DNA of 64,000 nucleotides from the human T2T-CHM13v2.0 reference genome, Homo sapiens. The notes below the pieces were generated by a model. The model ran no database searches. It was not told where the DNA came from and was given only the letters and a program-made list of their open reading frames with translations. Positions within the stretch are counted from its first letter, which is position 1. Each line of letters begins with the position of its first letter. The stretch lies in the NCBI RefSeq assembly GCF_009914755.1, contig NC_060930.1. The stretch is one strand, 5' to 3'. Made by a program: the position numbers and the translations under genes. Positions 12,891-26,456 of the stretch are shown here, piece by piece.

Positions 12891-14227
12891 CTTAATTTAT
12901 AAGAATGAATATGAATTATTTTAATAACCTTGAAAGAAAATAAAATCCTACTATACACAACAATTTGTTTTGTCAAAATGCAACATGCAAAATGCAACCG
13001 CCTATGAATGTGTTCATTCATCACCACCTGGTTTTCAAAGAAGCTCCTGCCTCCCGGCACTTTTAGTTTCCTTTTGAATAAAACTCAATGTAGGATTCAT
13101 GTTTCTTCCCATGTAAGTTTCTTTTTTGATCATCCTTTTTTCTAAATTAATGTTTAATTGTCCTTTCAGCAAACCACTGAACTCTTCCTCTATGCTTGTC
13201 ATTATACAAGGCACTGAGAATATAAGCCCTTAGAGACATTACATTTTAGCTGACCATGCCCACAAGTTAAGAATCACAATCCAATGTATACAGTTCAGGA
13301 ACTTCAAGAATTAGGAAGGGGTCTCCCCAGGAAGAGTGTTCCTCAGATTAATCTTAAAGGGTAAAAAGCAGTCAAGTAGATGAGCCTGCTCACCATGAGG
13401 AGACTTGACTCAACTGAGTCGATCTGCGTATTTTTTTACACGCAGTTCTGCCTACTGCTCGGTGCCACAGAACAGGAGCACAGGTTGAAATGTCTTGCAA
13501 AGTGCAATGTGAATGTTGGTGTTACCGTATGAATTATGCCCTGACATTTTCCCTTGCTGTAGGACTCAACCTTTCCTCAGAACCATGAAATAAAAAATGA
13601 AGCCCTTATATTCATAAGAGATTTTCCAGTTCTTCCCTTTAAATGGTGGAGGTCCTGTGATGTAACTCTAACATTTTCCTCTGACTTTTATATAGCATTT
13701 GTGAAAAGCTTAACTGCAATATGTCTGTAGAAAGGGTATGCCCACTTTAACAGCTCTTTTCTCTTTTCTCTTTTTTTTTCACATTTGTTATCTCTTATAA
13801 CTGAGAGAAACTCAAAGATGCCATTTGCGTTTTGATGTGCTAACATTTTAGAGCCTCACAGAAACAATTCAGTCCTGTATTATTAAAAGTAGAGCTTAAA
13901 ACATTTAAAATAGTTATCTATTACAAATTAAGCACTGATAAGTTGCCAATTGCTTACAAAAAATCAACTTTCCTTTTAGATTTCAGACCTAAAAATTAAA
14001 TAATATATTAAGTATATATATTACAAAAATAAAATATTAAAATATGCATTAAATACAAATTATCTAGTTTAGTAAATTCAACTTAGGATATGTATTTATT
14101 TAACCCAAGTTAGTTTATTGGGCAACAGACCATTTGCTTAACCTGACAAATGTATACATGAAACTGTGAGTTACAAATAACTTTTTTTCACCTGGTGCCA
14201 CTAGACTGAGTCGGGGAAGTTACTCGG

Positions 14228-14594
14228 TGATATGGTTTGATTCTGTGTCCCCACCTAAGACTCACCTTGAATTGTAATAATACCCACATGTCAAGAGTGG
14301 GACCAGGTAGAGACAGTTGAATCATGGGGGCAGTTTCATCATCCTGTTCTCATGATAGTGAGTGAGTTCTCACGAGATCTGATGGTTTTATAAGGAGCTT
14401 CCCCCTTCACTTGGCACTCATTCTCCTTCATACTGCCATGTGAAGAAGGACATGTTTGCTTTGCCTTCCACCATGATTGTAAGTTTCCTGAGGCTTCCCC
14501 AGCCCTGTGGAACTGTGAATCAATTAAACCTCTTTCCTTTATAAATTAGCTAGTCCTGGGTATCCTTATAGCAGCATGAGAACAGACTAATACA
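14228..14594 (+). mobile_element. THE1C-like MaLR solo LTR
   Basis: tgatatggtttg...gactaataca termini; 5-bp TSD ctcgg/cttgg (CpG decay). Confidence 0.9.
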
Positions 14595-15582
14595 CTTGGT
14601 AACCAAAGCTTTGTAATATTAACAGTATATTTAACAGTCCCAGTCAAATGAATTACTGGGAAAAGTAATAGAGATGGCAACAAAAACAAACACATAAACA
14701 TAAAACAACAACTATACACACACAAAGGAGAATGGTGATGGGTGCAGGTTGGTCAGGATTCTTATTTCCACAGTGTTTTAAAAACCTGAAGAACCTACTT
14801 TGTTCACTTGATACATCAGCAATACATGGTTGAGGACATTTTGTTTCTCAAAAGTACTCCTATTTTACAAACTAAGATAATGATACACAATTTGCCTGAG
14901 ATAATTTTCAAAGTTGGAAAAGTCATAGATCCAGTAACAGAAAAACCTGGGCAGGAACTATTACACTTACCCACAAAATTTAATCTCTTGAGAAACTCTC
15001 AGTAAAAAAAAATCTCAAAGGGATTGAAAAGGTAGCAACAGAAGAGATTTATAGATTCACTTTATAGAAAAATAATAGCTTTAGCTTTCATTATTTTCTA
15101 GTGCATCTAATTTCCTTTTTAAATATATAAACTAGCTAAGACTAAGTAAAAGGCTTGTTATAGATGATGTTTTTTTATAAAGAATTACAGTCATAGTTCA
15201 GACTACCTTCTCAGTGTCTCTTTTTTCCAATTAAACTCTGAGAGCATTGCAACAAGCCTCATCATTTTGTAAGCTCATTGTCTTAGAAGATGTATTTATT
15301 TCATTCTTAGGAATTACATATTTATCTTTAAGAATTTGTTATTAGGGAAGAAAATTCTTGCTATAAACAGTTACAATCTCATTACGTAAGTATTGTTTTC
15401 TGATAGCAAGTATTCAAAAGTAATTGAATATTTTTATCCATTCCCACAACGTTATTTCCAGAATAAAGCTCTCTGAATAGAGCCAGGAAATGGAGAATCT
15501 GTTTCTACTATCACCATGCCTTAGGGAAGATAATTAGATGACTGTACATTTGAAATGGAGTTTATAAAATACAGCAACCATA

Positions 15583-16650
15583 ATTTTTTAAAATAATTAT
15601 TTGAGAATAGGTTATAGAATCATAGAAAAGTTGCAGAGATAGTACAGAGATTTCCTGTATACCCATACAAACACCTGTTTCCTTTATTTTAACACTTTAC
15701 ATTATGATGGTGCATTTGTCACAATGTAGAAGCCAATATTGAGATATTATTATTATTAGCTAAACTTCATACTTCACTAAAATTTTATTAGATTTTGCTA
15801 ACGTCATTTTTCCTTTTTAGGATCCCATTCAGGATACCCCATTGCCTTTGGCCATTATGTCTCCCTAGGCTCCTGGGAGCTGTGGTAGTTTCTCAGACAT
15901 TCCTTGTTTCTGATGACCTTGACAATTTGAGGGATACTGGTTAGGCATTTTGTAGAATGTGCCTCAATTTCAGTCTGTCTGATGTTTTTCTCATGGTTCA
16001 CCTTGGGTTATGGGTTTGGGGAGGAAGACCACAGAGGTAAATTAGTTCTCATTCTGTCATATCAAAATTATAGACTATCAACATAATCTATCACTGATAA
16101 TGTTAACTTTATCTGACTAAGGTAGTGTTTGCCAAGTTTCTCCACAGTATTGTTACCTTTCCCCTCTTTTCACACTGTTCTCCATGAAAACAAGTCATTA
16201 AGTGTAGCCTACACTTAAAGGGGAGGAACTTACACTGTAGCTCCTTGAGGGAGGAATATCTACGTAAATAATTTGGAGAATTTTAAAGGAGATATTTCTG
16301 TCTTCTCCTTCATTTATTTATTTATTTATTTATTTAATCATGAGTTTATTTATATCAGCATAGGTTTATGGATATATATATTATATATATCCATGAATAT
16401 TTTATACCTATCCATGGATATATATTTTATACTTTAAGTTATAATCTGATACTGCTTTTAAAACTTATTTTGTGCTCAAATTGTTTCAGCTTTGATCACT
16501 GTATACACACACATATAAATATTTCTACATGTATTCATCTGTATTTACATAAGAATGTAAACGTAAGTTCATACTGATATTGCCTACTCTAATCCAATAC
16601 TACATGGTTCATTCTAGCCTTCCTCCTTGGCTTATTTCTATCCTTCCACT
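15583..16650 (-). mobile_element. L1MC/L1MD-type 3' end
   Basis: Reverse-complement L1M 3' UTR (agaaaagttgcagagatagtacagaga, ggaggaagaccacagaggtaaa); homologous to the plus-strand copy at 38337-38765. Confidence 0.75.
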
Positions 16651-16654
16651 CCAG

Positions 16655-17319
16655 TTGTGGGGTTTGGGAACCTCTGCCTACATTTCAAAGGATGTATGGA
16701 AATGCCAGGATGTCCAGGCAGAAGTTTACCGTGGAGGCAGAAGCCTTATGCAGAACTTTGCTAGGGCAGTGCAGAAGGGAGGGAGCCCCCACACAGAGTC
16801 CCCACTGGGACACTGCCTAGTGGAGCTATAAGAAGGGGGCCATTGTCCTTCAGACCCCAGAATGGTAGATCCACCAACAGCTTGCAACACACACCTAGAA
16901 AAGCCACAGATATTGTGTAGAATGTGCCTCAATTTCAGTTTGTCTGATGTTTTTCTCATGGTTCACCCTGGGTTATGGGTTTGCAGCTGGTGAAAGCAGC
17001 CAGAAGATGGGAAGTACCCTGCAAAGTCATGGGGCAGAACTACCCAAGGCTACAGGAACCCACCTCTTGCATCAGCATGATCTGGATGTGAGACATGGTG
17101 TCAAAGGAAATCATTTTGGAACTTTAAGGTTTAATGACTGCCCTATTGGATTTTAGACTTGCATGAGACCTGTAACCCCTTTGTTTTGGCCAATTTCTCC
17201 CATTTAAAATAGGTGTGTTTACTCAATGTTTCTACCCCCATAGTACCTAGGAAGTAACTAAATTGCCTTTGATTTTACAGGCTCATAAGTGGAGGGAACT
17301 TGCCTTGTTTCAGATGAGG
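16655..17319 (+). mobile_element. THE1/MST MaLR internal fragment
   Basis: gggaacctctgcctacatttcaaaggatgtatggaaatgcc, cttcagaccccagaatggtagatccacc, gatgtgagacatgg match MaLR internal sequence. Confidence 0.85.
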
Positions 17320-17321
17320 CC

Positions 17322-17450
17322 GAAACTGCTATTGCAAAATTGTAACTGAGACAGTGAAAGAGATTTGACTAACTCCATCTTGCTTCTAACCTCCAAGCTG
17401 TCCTTGTTCATTCCTGGGAGCAGGCTGAGTTAACTTTGGGAAGAAATTTG
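17322..17450 (+). mobile_element. LTR8-like (ERV1) 5' fragment
   Basis: gaaactgctattgcaaaattgtaactgagacagtgaaagagat...ctccatcttgcttctaacctccaagctgtccttgttcattcctggg. Confidence 0.7.
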
Positions 17451-18899
17451 GAAGTCAATCTGCATCTTACTCAAGTTCTGAGTCACATATGTAGGCTGAG
17501 ATAATTGAAGATCTGTGTAAGTTACCTTGTTATTTCCAAGCTTCCATATTATTTTAGACCCAGGGATGACTTGTAACCAGAATTGGTCTGAGAAGTGCCA
17601 TGAGAAACCCAAACCTGTCTTTGAGAATTCTCAAACCTCTTAATCTGGAATATGACCTACTTCTATGGCCTAACTTAAATTATTAATACACATAATACAC
17701 AACTGAAAAAAGTTTAAAGGTGTTAAGCAAATGTAAGAGGAAAATCTATAATCTTCCTGAAAATATGACAAATTTTGTATACCTGTTTGTATTTTATAAT
17801 AGTGCCTGTAGGCCAAATGTTGTTTGTTTTGCCTTACAAAGTCCAACTGCTTTCATGTTGAAGTTAAAACCTCCAGATCTTAGCCTGAATTCCAATGCTT
17901 CTACCATGAATCTTCTCGTCTAAGCAAAGTGGATGACTTGCTCTTCCAGATCTGTATCCCTAATGCAGTGAGAAAAGATTGTTATGAATTACTTTTCTCA
18001 GGGGTCTGACTAGGATATTTTTCCATGCCTGAATGACATCAGTGGCCAAGTGAACGTAATGCTCTGCTGGCCAGATTAGGTCACAGGACCATTATGACAT
18101 TGGACATGAAATGCCTGGACATAGAGCAGAGCATCAAGTAATCCCTCATAAAAGAGGAAATAGATACTGGATGGAAAAAAAAAGTCTCTTATACTCATCA
18201 CTTAAGTTCTAGTTCCTTTACCTCTATGAAGCCTTTTCTAATCTTTATATTATTTTCACAATTCTCTCTTCCTTTTCAGTTTCCATTCGCTGAATATTTT
18301 TTATGTGTCCATTTGCATGCTTTTTCCTTTGTTCCTGAATTCTACATTTAGGGAAAGGAGATTTGGGTCTACTTTGATTGGATGCACTCAATAGCTCCAA
18401 ATACCTTCACCAGCACTATGCTAAGAAATGTTTTCAAAAAAAACAAATGAATGGACTTGACATATTTGTTGTATTTAATTGAATAATCTGAACCTGAACC
18501 AGGTTAAATTCTACCTACATTCTTACCTTCTCCTCCCCAAGATGACAGAATAGAATCATGACCAGACCTGGACACAGGCCAATGTTAGAGTGTTTGTCTC
18601 ACTGAGAGATTTCTCCGTTGAAGTAAACTGTAAATTCAGGCTTTTAATCACCAAAGCATTATTTAATCTGTATTTGAAGTAAATATGAACTTCATAAATA
18701 AGCTGAATATTTTTCTCTTGTATAACATTTTACAGCTCATGCATTAGAATTCAATCACAAGTACTCTATTTTAGAATACCAGTATTGATTGGAAATGATG
18801 ATCAAGGACTGTGTGCTTGCTAGAACTTAATTGGGAGAAAATATTGCTCCTAAACTCCTTAGCAAACAGCACATAAAATGGTGGAGGCCAAGTCTTATA

Positions 18900-19244
18900 C
18901 AGGTTGAGAATTTATCTGATATGCTTGGGACAAAAAATGATTCAGATTCTTTTAAGATTTTGGAATATTTCCATATACATAATGAAATATCTTGGGGATG
19001 GGGCCCAAGTTTAAATACAAAGTTTATTTATGTTTTGTAGACACCTTATACACATAACCTGAATGTAATTTTATACAATATTTTTAATAATTTTGTGCAT
19101 GAAACAAAGTTTTGAATGAGTTTTGACTTCAACATGAGGCTAGACTTGTAATTTTCCACTGTGTTGTCATGTTGGTGCTCAAAAAGTTTCAGATTTTGGA
19201 GCATTTTGGATTTTTGGATTTGCAGATCAGAAATGCTCAACCTG
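18900..19244. mobile_element. Tigger4b-like (TcMar) MITE
   Basis: TIRs caggttgag / ctcaacctg flanked by TA on both sides. Confidence 0.85.
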
Positions 19245-19351
19245 TATTGCTCTCCTGGAAACGCATGTCTGTGAAGATACTAAGAAAAACATAGTTTTTC
19301 TTTTTCTTGCCACTTTGTAAATTCCTAAGGGACGATTTCATTATGAAACAT

Positions 19352-19685
19352 AGTCATGTGTCACTTAACAATGAGATATGTTCTGAGAAATGCATCCTCA
19401 GGCAATTTCATTGTTGCGTTAATCATAGAGTGTGCTTACACAAACCTAGGTGTGTACTTTTACTGCACACCTAGGCCATCAGGTATAGCCTATTGCTCCT
19501 AGGCTACAAGCCTGTATAGCATGTTACTGTCTGAATGATGTAGGCAACTGTAACACAGTGGTGTTTTTGTGTCTAGACATATCTAAACATAGAAAAAGGC
19601 ACAGTGTAAACATGGTATTATAATCTTAAGGGACTACCATCACATATGTAGTCCATCGTTGACCAAACATTAATATAAGGAATGA
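19352..19685. mobile_element. Tigger3a-like (TcMar) MITE
   Basis: gtcatgtgtcacttaac...gttctgagaaatgcatc, ggtatagcctattgctcctaggctaca, gtccatcgttgacc. Confidence 0.8.
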
Positions 19686-20537
19686 AAGGAACTTTCAAAT
19701 GTATGTAAATGACATTTGCCGCCTTTGTTCCCACTTTACAGTAAAGTTACATGCTTTTCTACAGTAGAGCCAGGAGGTAACTATATAATCTTCATAAAGT
19801 TCTATTTTGTTTGAAACAAAGTAATATTACAGATAAAGTGCCAAGTAAAATATTTTATGTGTGCCTGCTATGGTTATCACAACAGTAATTGACCAGAAAC
19901 ACACTTTGACCTGATTTTACACATTACTAGTGAATCTGAAAAGCTGCTACTTATTGATATTGAACCATTTTTAGAATCAAGTTTATATAATTTTAATCTT
20001 ACACAGATTGAGGTCCCATTGTAACAGTTCGTCATTGATGGATCCATTTTTGTCCTATTTTTAGGAAATTTACTTTTAGAAGAACCACAGAAAACACTTT
20101 TGAAGCTTTTACTGGGGTGTGGAAGGAGGTTTATCATACTTCCCCTTTGGAAAAAAAACAAAATTGAAAACAGACATAGAAGCAAAATGATGACAGTATA
20201 GTATCATTTTGTTGTTTGTTTGTTTGTTTTGGTACAACTAGGCTAAAGAACATACATATAATCATGCGCTAAAGACCATATATGTAATTATGGGCTAAAA
20301 TTGGAGCTTCCAACCACTGTCCCCTAAGTTTGTGGCTTGGTATTGACAGCTGAAAGAGTTGAATTTCCAGATTCTACACTTAGGAACATTCACAGATTTC
20401 ACAGGCCTTGTTCGGGCCTATTGCTATTCGGCCCTGATTTGGTCATACTTACTAAGTAAAGGCAGGGCAAATAAAGATGATGGGCTCTGTACTCTGCTTG
20501 GGGCAGGAGGGGGCTAGGGGTGGGGAGAGAGAGGGTC

Positions 20538-20574
<37 letters not shown>
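20538..20574. repeat. (GA)n microsatellite
   Basis: Directly visible. Confidence 0.9.
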
Positions 20575-20576
<2 letters not shown>

Positions 20577-20598
20577 TTGAGCTACACATAAACCTTTA

Positions 20599-21012
<414 letters not shown>

Positions 21013-21812
21013 CTATTTTTTGGGCAATGCAAGTCTGCCCAAAGTTACAAAATTAACCCTATATTTGTTTAATTAAAAATATGATTTTATATTACGAGAC
21101 CTAGAGAAGGAGTTAGAAAAAGTTTAATTTTTTTATATTATAATTAAATATATCTATGAAAAAAATAAACCTAGGGAATGAGTTAGAAATAATTATATAG
21201 ATATGTATGTATATGTATATATGCACATATATATTTATAATAAAATACTTTTATTGAAAACAATTATAGCTATATTACAATAAAAAGTCACTGCCCACCC
21301 AGTCCCCACCACTGTCCTCCATCAAACCCCAATTTTTGTTTGTGGTTCCTCCTGTCATGGCAGAGAGGCAACTGGAATTCTGCCTGGGATAAGGTGAAGA
21401 TGATTAATGGTGCCTTCCTATCCCAACCTCTGTTCACTGCAATGGTTGACACAGAGGTCCTTCTGCCTGGTTTAAGAGGGGCATGATCAAAGCTAGAACT
21501 GTATCCTTTCTGTGGGAAACTTAAATGGGTACAGTAAGACAAAGAGAGTAAGAAAAATAAAATGGATAGAATTTATTCATTTCAGTGGCTGACAATGCTC
21601 AGACAAAATAGTGAATTACTGCTTGCTGTGCTGTTAGATTCTAAATCTCATACCTCCATATTCTGGCAGAGCCAGTGAACTCTCTAATATCCATAAAATA
21701 AATTTCCTTTTTGCTTAAGCCAGAGTCGGTTTCTGTTGCTCACAGCCAAGGACCTCAAATAATGTACTACCAGGGAATTATTTCCGATTGCTTTGAGTCA
21801 GAGGACAAGCTA

Positions 21813-21876
21813 TTAGGCTGGTGCAAAAGTTGTTGTAGTTTTAAAAACACACTAAAAGTAATGGCAAAATCACAAT
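21813..21876. mobile_element. MADE1 (Hsmar1-derived MITE), degenerate
   Basis: TA + ttaggctggtgcaaaagt...taatggcaaaatcacaat; same TIR family as the Hsmar1 at 62764. Confidence 0.75.
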
Positions 21877-23382
21877 AGAAGCTATTATGTTAATGGACAG
21901 TACACTTAGGCTCAAGTCCACTGACAAGCATCAGAAACTTCAAGATTAGGACTAGAATCAAAGAGTTTGCTTTTGCAAAAGCATTGATGTTAAAATTTAG
22001 TCTATAGGGTCTAGAAAAAGGGAATGGAGAAAAACAAACCAAAAAAGCTTTTAAGACTTGTATTTCCACAGAAAACTAAGCTTGACAAAGTACTGGATTA
22101 TTCAGTTGCTAAGATCTTCCCGAGTCTCACAAACTATAGCAGAAAGATTACAAAATGGGTTGGTCCTCAACACTACCTGAGATGTAGGTGGAAGTCAAGG
22201 AGAGCAGAATGGAGTCAGTCCCCCAGTTACATTTTGGGTCGGTAGGCAGGCAATAGATGCTTCTAGTAACAACTTCTATATCAATTAGGATCCTTTGGTT
22301 GCAAGCTACATAAATCAACAATAATTAAAGAAATGTGGGGAATTTATTGGATGAATAAGATATACAGAATTGATAGGATGCTGAAAACAGGACAGGAACC
22401 GGGGCAGTAGAATCTGGAATGTGTGATTACTGAACCTAGCCTTTCACATTAACTCCAAAATCAGCAGTGAGAAGTGCTTCCTTGTGTCAAAGTTCCTCTT
22501 GATGACCATTGTTTTAGGTACTTTTAATCTATCTGCCCAGCTCCTAGTCATGAGAATTCTCCTTCTCTTGGAGTAATCAGCAGGGATGTCCCTTTCAGCC
22601 ACAGTTATATCATCTGATCACTTTCAAGACCATGGTTAGTTGAAGAGAGACCAACACCTGAAACAAGCAGGGCCAATCACATTCTCTTCCCCAGAAATTT
22701 AGAATTTGAACTAAAAGATATACTGGAAATCAGAAATTGTGTCATTAAAGATAAAACTTCTGAAGAACTAGCCACAAATTCCTGCTTCCGAGGAAGCTGT
22801 TACTTTCCCTGACTTCCTCATTCTAAGAGTCTAGTGGTTCAGCATTTCCTTGGATTCCATGAGATATAATAGGTTTCTAATAAATTTATCCTTTCTACTT
22901 ACATTTGCATATGTCAGCTTATTTCACTCTTATCTGAGAGAGCCCTAATCAATACACTGTAGTAAAAGTCCTCATTGCAAGGATAAGTATTGATTTTTAA
23001 GAATCATGTACAATTAGAGTAAATTTGGAAGTCATTCTTCTTTAGCTATATTCTTGGATAGGTCCTAATCCCAGCATAGAGAGTGGCCCATTAATAACTA
23101 AACACTGAAGGCTCCAAGGCACAGACTTGCAACATTAAAAATAAACAAACCCAGGCATAATGCGTGCCTGCAATTAGCATTCTAATCCTAAAGAAAGATA
23201 ATTTAAGGATTATCAACTTGACCCTGCTGGTAACTAATATTTTTCAGAGAAATTTTCTTCTAGGCTAAGTCTTTATAACTGACCATTTAAAGCAAGAAAA
23301 CCCTGAGAGTATATAAATAATTAGAGATAGCCCTGGCCCATAAAATCTTATGCAAGAGATATTATCCCACAAAGAGCTGTAC

Positions 23383-23800
23383 CTTTGATCAGAGAGGCTG
23401 ATGTTAATGATCATTATCTGCGTAAGAGCACTGGAGCATCCCAGGTGTTTTCCTCCTCTCCTGTAGAAAATAAGGGATCCAGGAAGAGCCTCTCACCCCT
23501 ACCCACCAGCCAAAGAGACTAATGCAAATATAAATCTCGTAATTGTAAGTATAAACCTTGAGTCTGCAGAACACTTTATCTGTGAACCTGTTGTGTCTAC
23601 AAAGTGGGTGGGGCTTCTAAATTTTGATGTGGTTAAACCCATGTTGTACCAGATTCAGTATTTCCTGCAATGCTAGCTGGAAATAACAGCAACCAATTCC
23701 AGTTATTTAACCTAAAGATTAAAATTATTACAAGAGTTCAGAATTGTTTAAAGGCAAGCATGCTGTTGTGGATCAGGTAAAAACTGGAACCACAAATTGA
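23383..23800 (-). promoter_or_regulatory. Candidate distal THEMIS non-coding exon and promoter/enhancer
   Basis: Minus-strand donor AAAG|GTACAG at 23383/23382, acceptor-like CCCTTATTTTCTACAG at 23461; TCF, E-box, ETS, octamer, GATA, KLF and RUNX motifs within ~400 bp of unique sequence. Confidence 0.5.
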
Positions 23801-24184
23801 AAGCCTTCTGGAACTTGAAGTGTGCTGTCTCCATCTTTCTTTTTTTGTTTTCTCTGTATGTCATGAAAGAGCCTAAGTAGCTCCCCCACATTCACTCAGC
23901 TAGTTTGTAATAGAGCTGAAAGTGAAATCCAAACCTTTTGACTTTAGTGTTGAGCAACTGCTACTTTCCTTTACTCTCCACCTTGAGGGCAACTATATAA
24001 AATCAGCTATGCAAATCTAACTCCTTCCATGTTTTACTAAATGGTAAATTGCTCTAAATAAATAGGTACTAAATGAGGTTGATGAGTAGCTGCACAAAAA
24101 CTCACTAATTCCATTTTCCCTCCTGTCTGCTTGTTTTACAACATGATATGTTGTAGTAGGTAGAGTCCTAGACGATGAAGCCAT

Positions 24185-24720
24185 ATAGTCCCAGCTCTGC
24201 ACCTCACTAGGCAGACCCTCAGCAAGTCATTTAAACTCTCCAAGTCAGAACATTGTGCTAACAGAAATAAGCCAGGCACAGAAAAACAAATACCCCATGA
24301 TCTCATTTATATGTGGAATCTAAAAACGTTAATCTGGGGTGAGTGTGTGGGATGGGATAGGGAGAAGAGGATAGTTGGGGAGGGAGGGATCACTACTAAT
24401 GGTTATGGTGTTTCTTTTTCCTGTGATGAAAATATTCTCAAATTGATTGTGGTGATGCTTGCACAGCTCTGTGAACATAAGAAGAATCATTGATTATACA
24501 TTTTAGATGGATGAATTGTGTGATACATGAATTATGTCTCAATAAAGCTGTTTTTACAAAGAATAAAATAATACTAATAAACTCTCCAAGTCTTGGCTTT
24601 CTCATCTTTAAAAAAAAAGATAGTAATTGTATGTTCCCCACGGGAGATACAATTTATGAATGAACAATTTACAAGTGCTTATGAATGCTGTGAGAGTTAA
24701 ATGAGATAGCATACATCCAT
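24185..24720. mobile_element. MIR interrupted by an L1MB-type 3' fragment (~24255-24570, +)
   Basis: MIR core (cccagctctgcacctcactag...agcaagtcatttaa; ttctcatcttta...gtgagagttaaatgag) split by L1 3' end (tctcatttatatgtggaatctaa...tctcaataaagctg). Confidence 0.65.
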
Positions 24721-26456
24721 AGTGCACCAGTCCATGGTAAACCTTTGCAGGGTAGTAGCTATCAGTATCTCTAGTCTCATGTTAGTCCTCTAAACAACTC
24801 TGCCATCCCATCTCCAGTTCAAAACACATACACTATGGCTTCGAGGATTCTCAAAGCAGGGATCTTTATATTGATAAAAACAATCTTTTAGTGTTTTTGT
24901 GGAGGAGGTGAGGTAAACGACAAATTGACATTCATTTTGCCTTAAACCAAGTGTCAAAGTCTGGCTTCCCAAAGAGAATGGCCAGTATTTTGGGCGCAGC
25001 TGTCAAATCTTCCCAATTTACACAGATGCAACAGAACCTGTGAATTAACCTGTGGCATTTACCAAAGCCAACCCCTGCCAAAAACAAATCTCTCTCCTCC
25101 TGGCATACTGAATAAGAGATAGGGATGCATTAAACATTTACGAAGACACTTCAAGAGAGTCTCAGGTAACAGGAAGTGTTCTGAGATTGATTTGCCATGC
25201 TTTGAGTGCACAGAAGACAGAGGGAGACACACAGGGAATGTTCCTGAGACTTTTTCTTTTCAATCATCCTCCTCTGTGACTTTTACCCTATAATTTATTT
25301 TTAAAGAGGCATCATAGTTTTCTGGGTGCCATAACAAAATCTAAAATAAATGTTTTCACCTAGATAAGCACTATTAAAAGGAAAGGATACTGAATTCATT
25401 TGAATACATTTACAGAAGATTGATTTTCCCAAGGGAATGTACCTATCCTATTTCTTTAATTATTCTTGAAGTTTTGCCTATCAACTGACAATTTCTTACA
25501 GAAAGGAAGCAAAACAGCCTGGCTTTCGTGACAGCGAAGAATTATAATACTAGAATAAAAACAGGTTTGTCACTTTCCTTATCTCTTCTAATGTCTGAGT
25601 TACTGGGAGTCAGAAATATAATAACCCCATCCCAGTAACACAGTTATTCAGAATATGTTAAATCGAAAGGTAAATTCAAAGTCAAATTTCTCTATTTTTT
25701 GAAGATCAGTATACTCATTCCTAACTACAAGCATCCAGTATGATTAGTTATAAAACATTAGAGAAAATATGGTCATATTCACTTTATTTTTTCAACTGAT
25801 TATCACCTGATTAGAAAGAAGACCATTTTGTTTCACATGATTTACTCTCAGCAAAAAAACTGTTTACTTAAGCATAGGAAAGCCAACCTTCGTACTAAAA
25901 GAGAACTGAGAAATTTAAACAGCCCATGATCTTCATTGCTTTGGCCTCTGCTGCAAAGCGTCACTGTGAAAAATTGGTCCTGATCCCAGCAATCAATGCT
26001 TTCCCACTGCACAGAGATGGCCTGGCGTCATTGTGCCATTGTGGCTGCTAAGGGCAGGGTTCCTTAGCAATGCATAATGGCCAGAACAAGTCCTCCCCAA
26101 CCCTGCACTAAGGGCAGGCCCCCAGTCCCAAATCATTTCCCCATCTTATTCCAGTTTCTCTTCGGGAGCTGTGGTTTCTTTCTGTGGTTGAACGTGGTTC
26201 AGCTTTTCCTGAACCCTGTCCTCCCCCAAAAATAATTATCTGTTGGAGAGTGGTGGTGGTTGGACAACATTGTGAATGTAAAATACCACTGAATTGTGCA
26301 TTTAAATGGGAAATTTTATGCTATGTGTATTTTACTACAGAAATTATCTCTAATGTGTATTCCCAGGCAGCCGAGAGGTCGTCTTCTCAGAGGACCCTGA
26401 GCTGCCTTTTTCAGCAGGTCCACCACCTCTGTATCTTTGCATGCTAACAAAGACTT

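Noticed and set aside
19440-19510. Inverted repeats around cctagg
   Set aside because: Largely intrinsic to the Tigger3 consensus.
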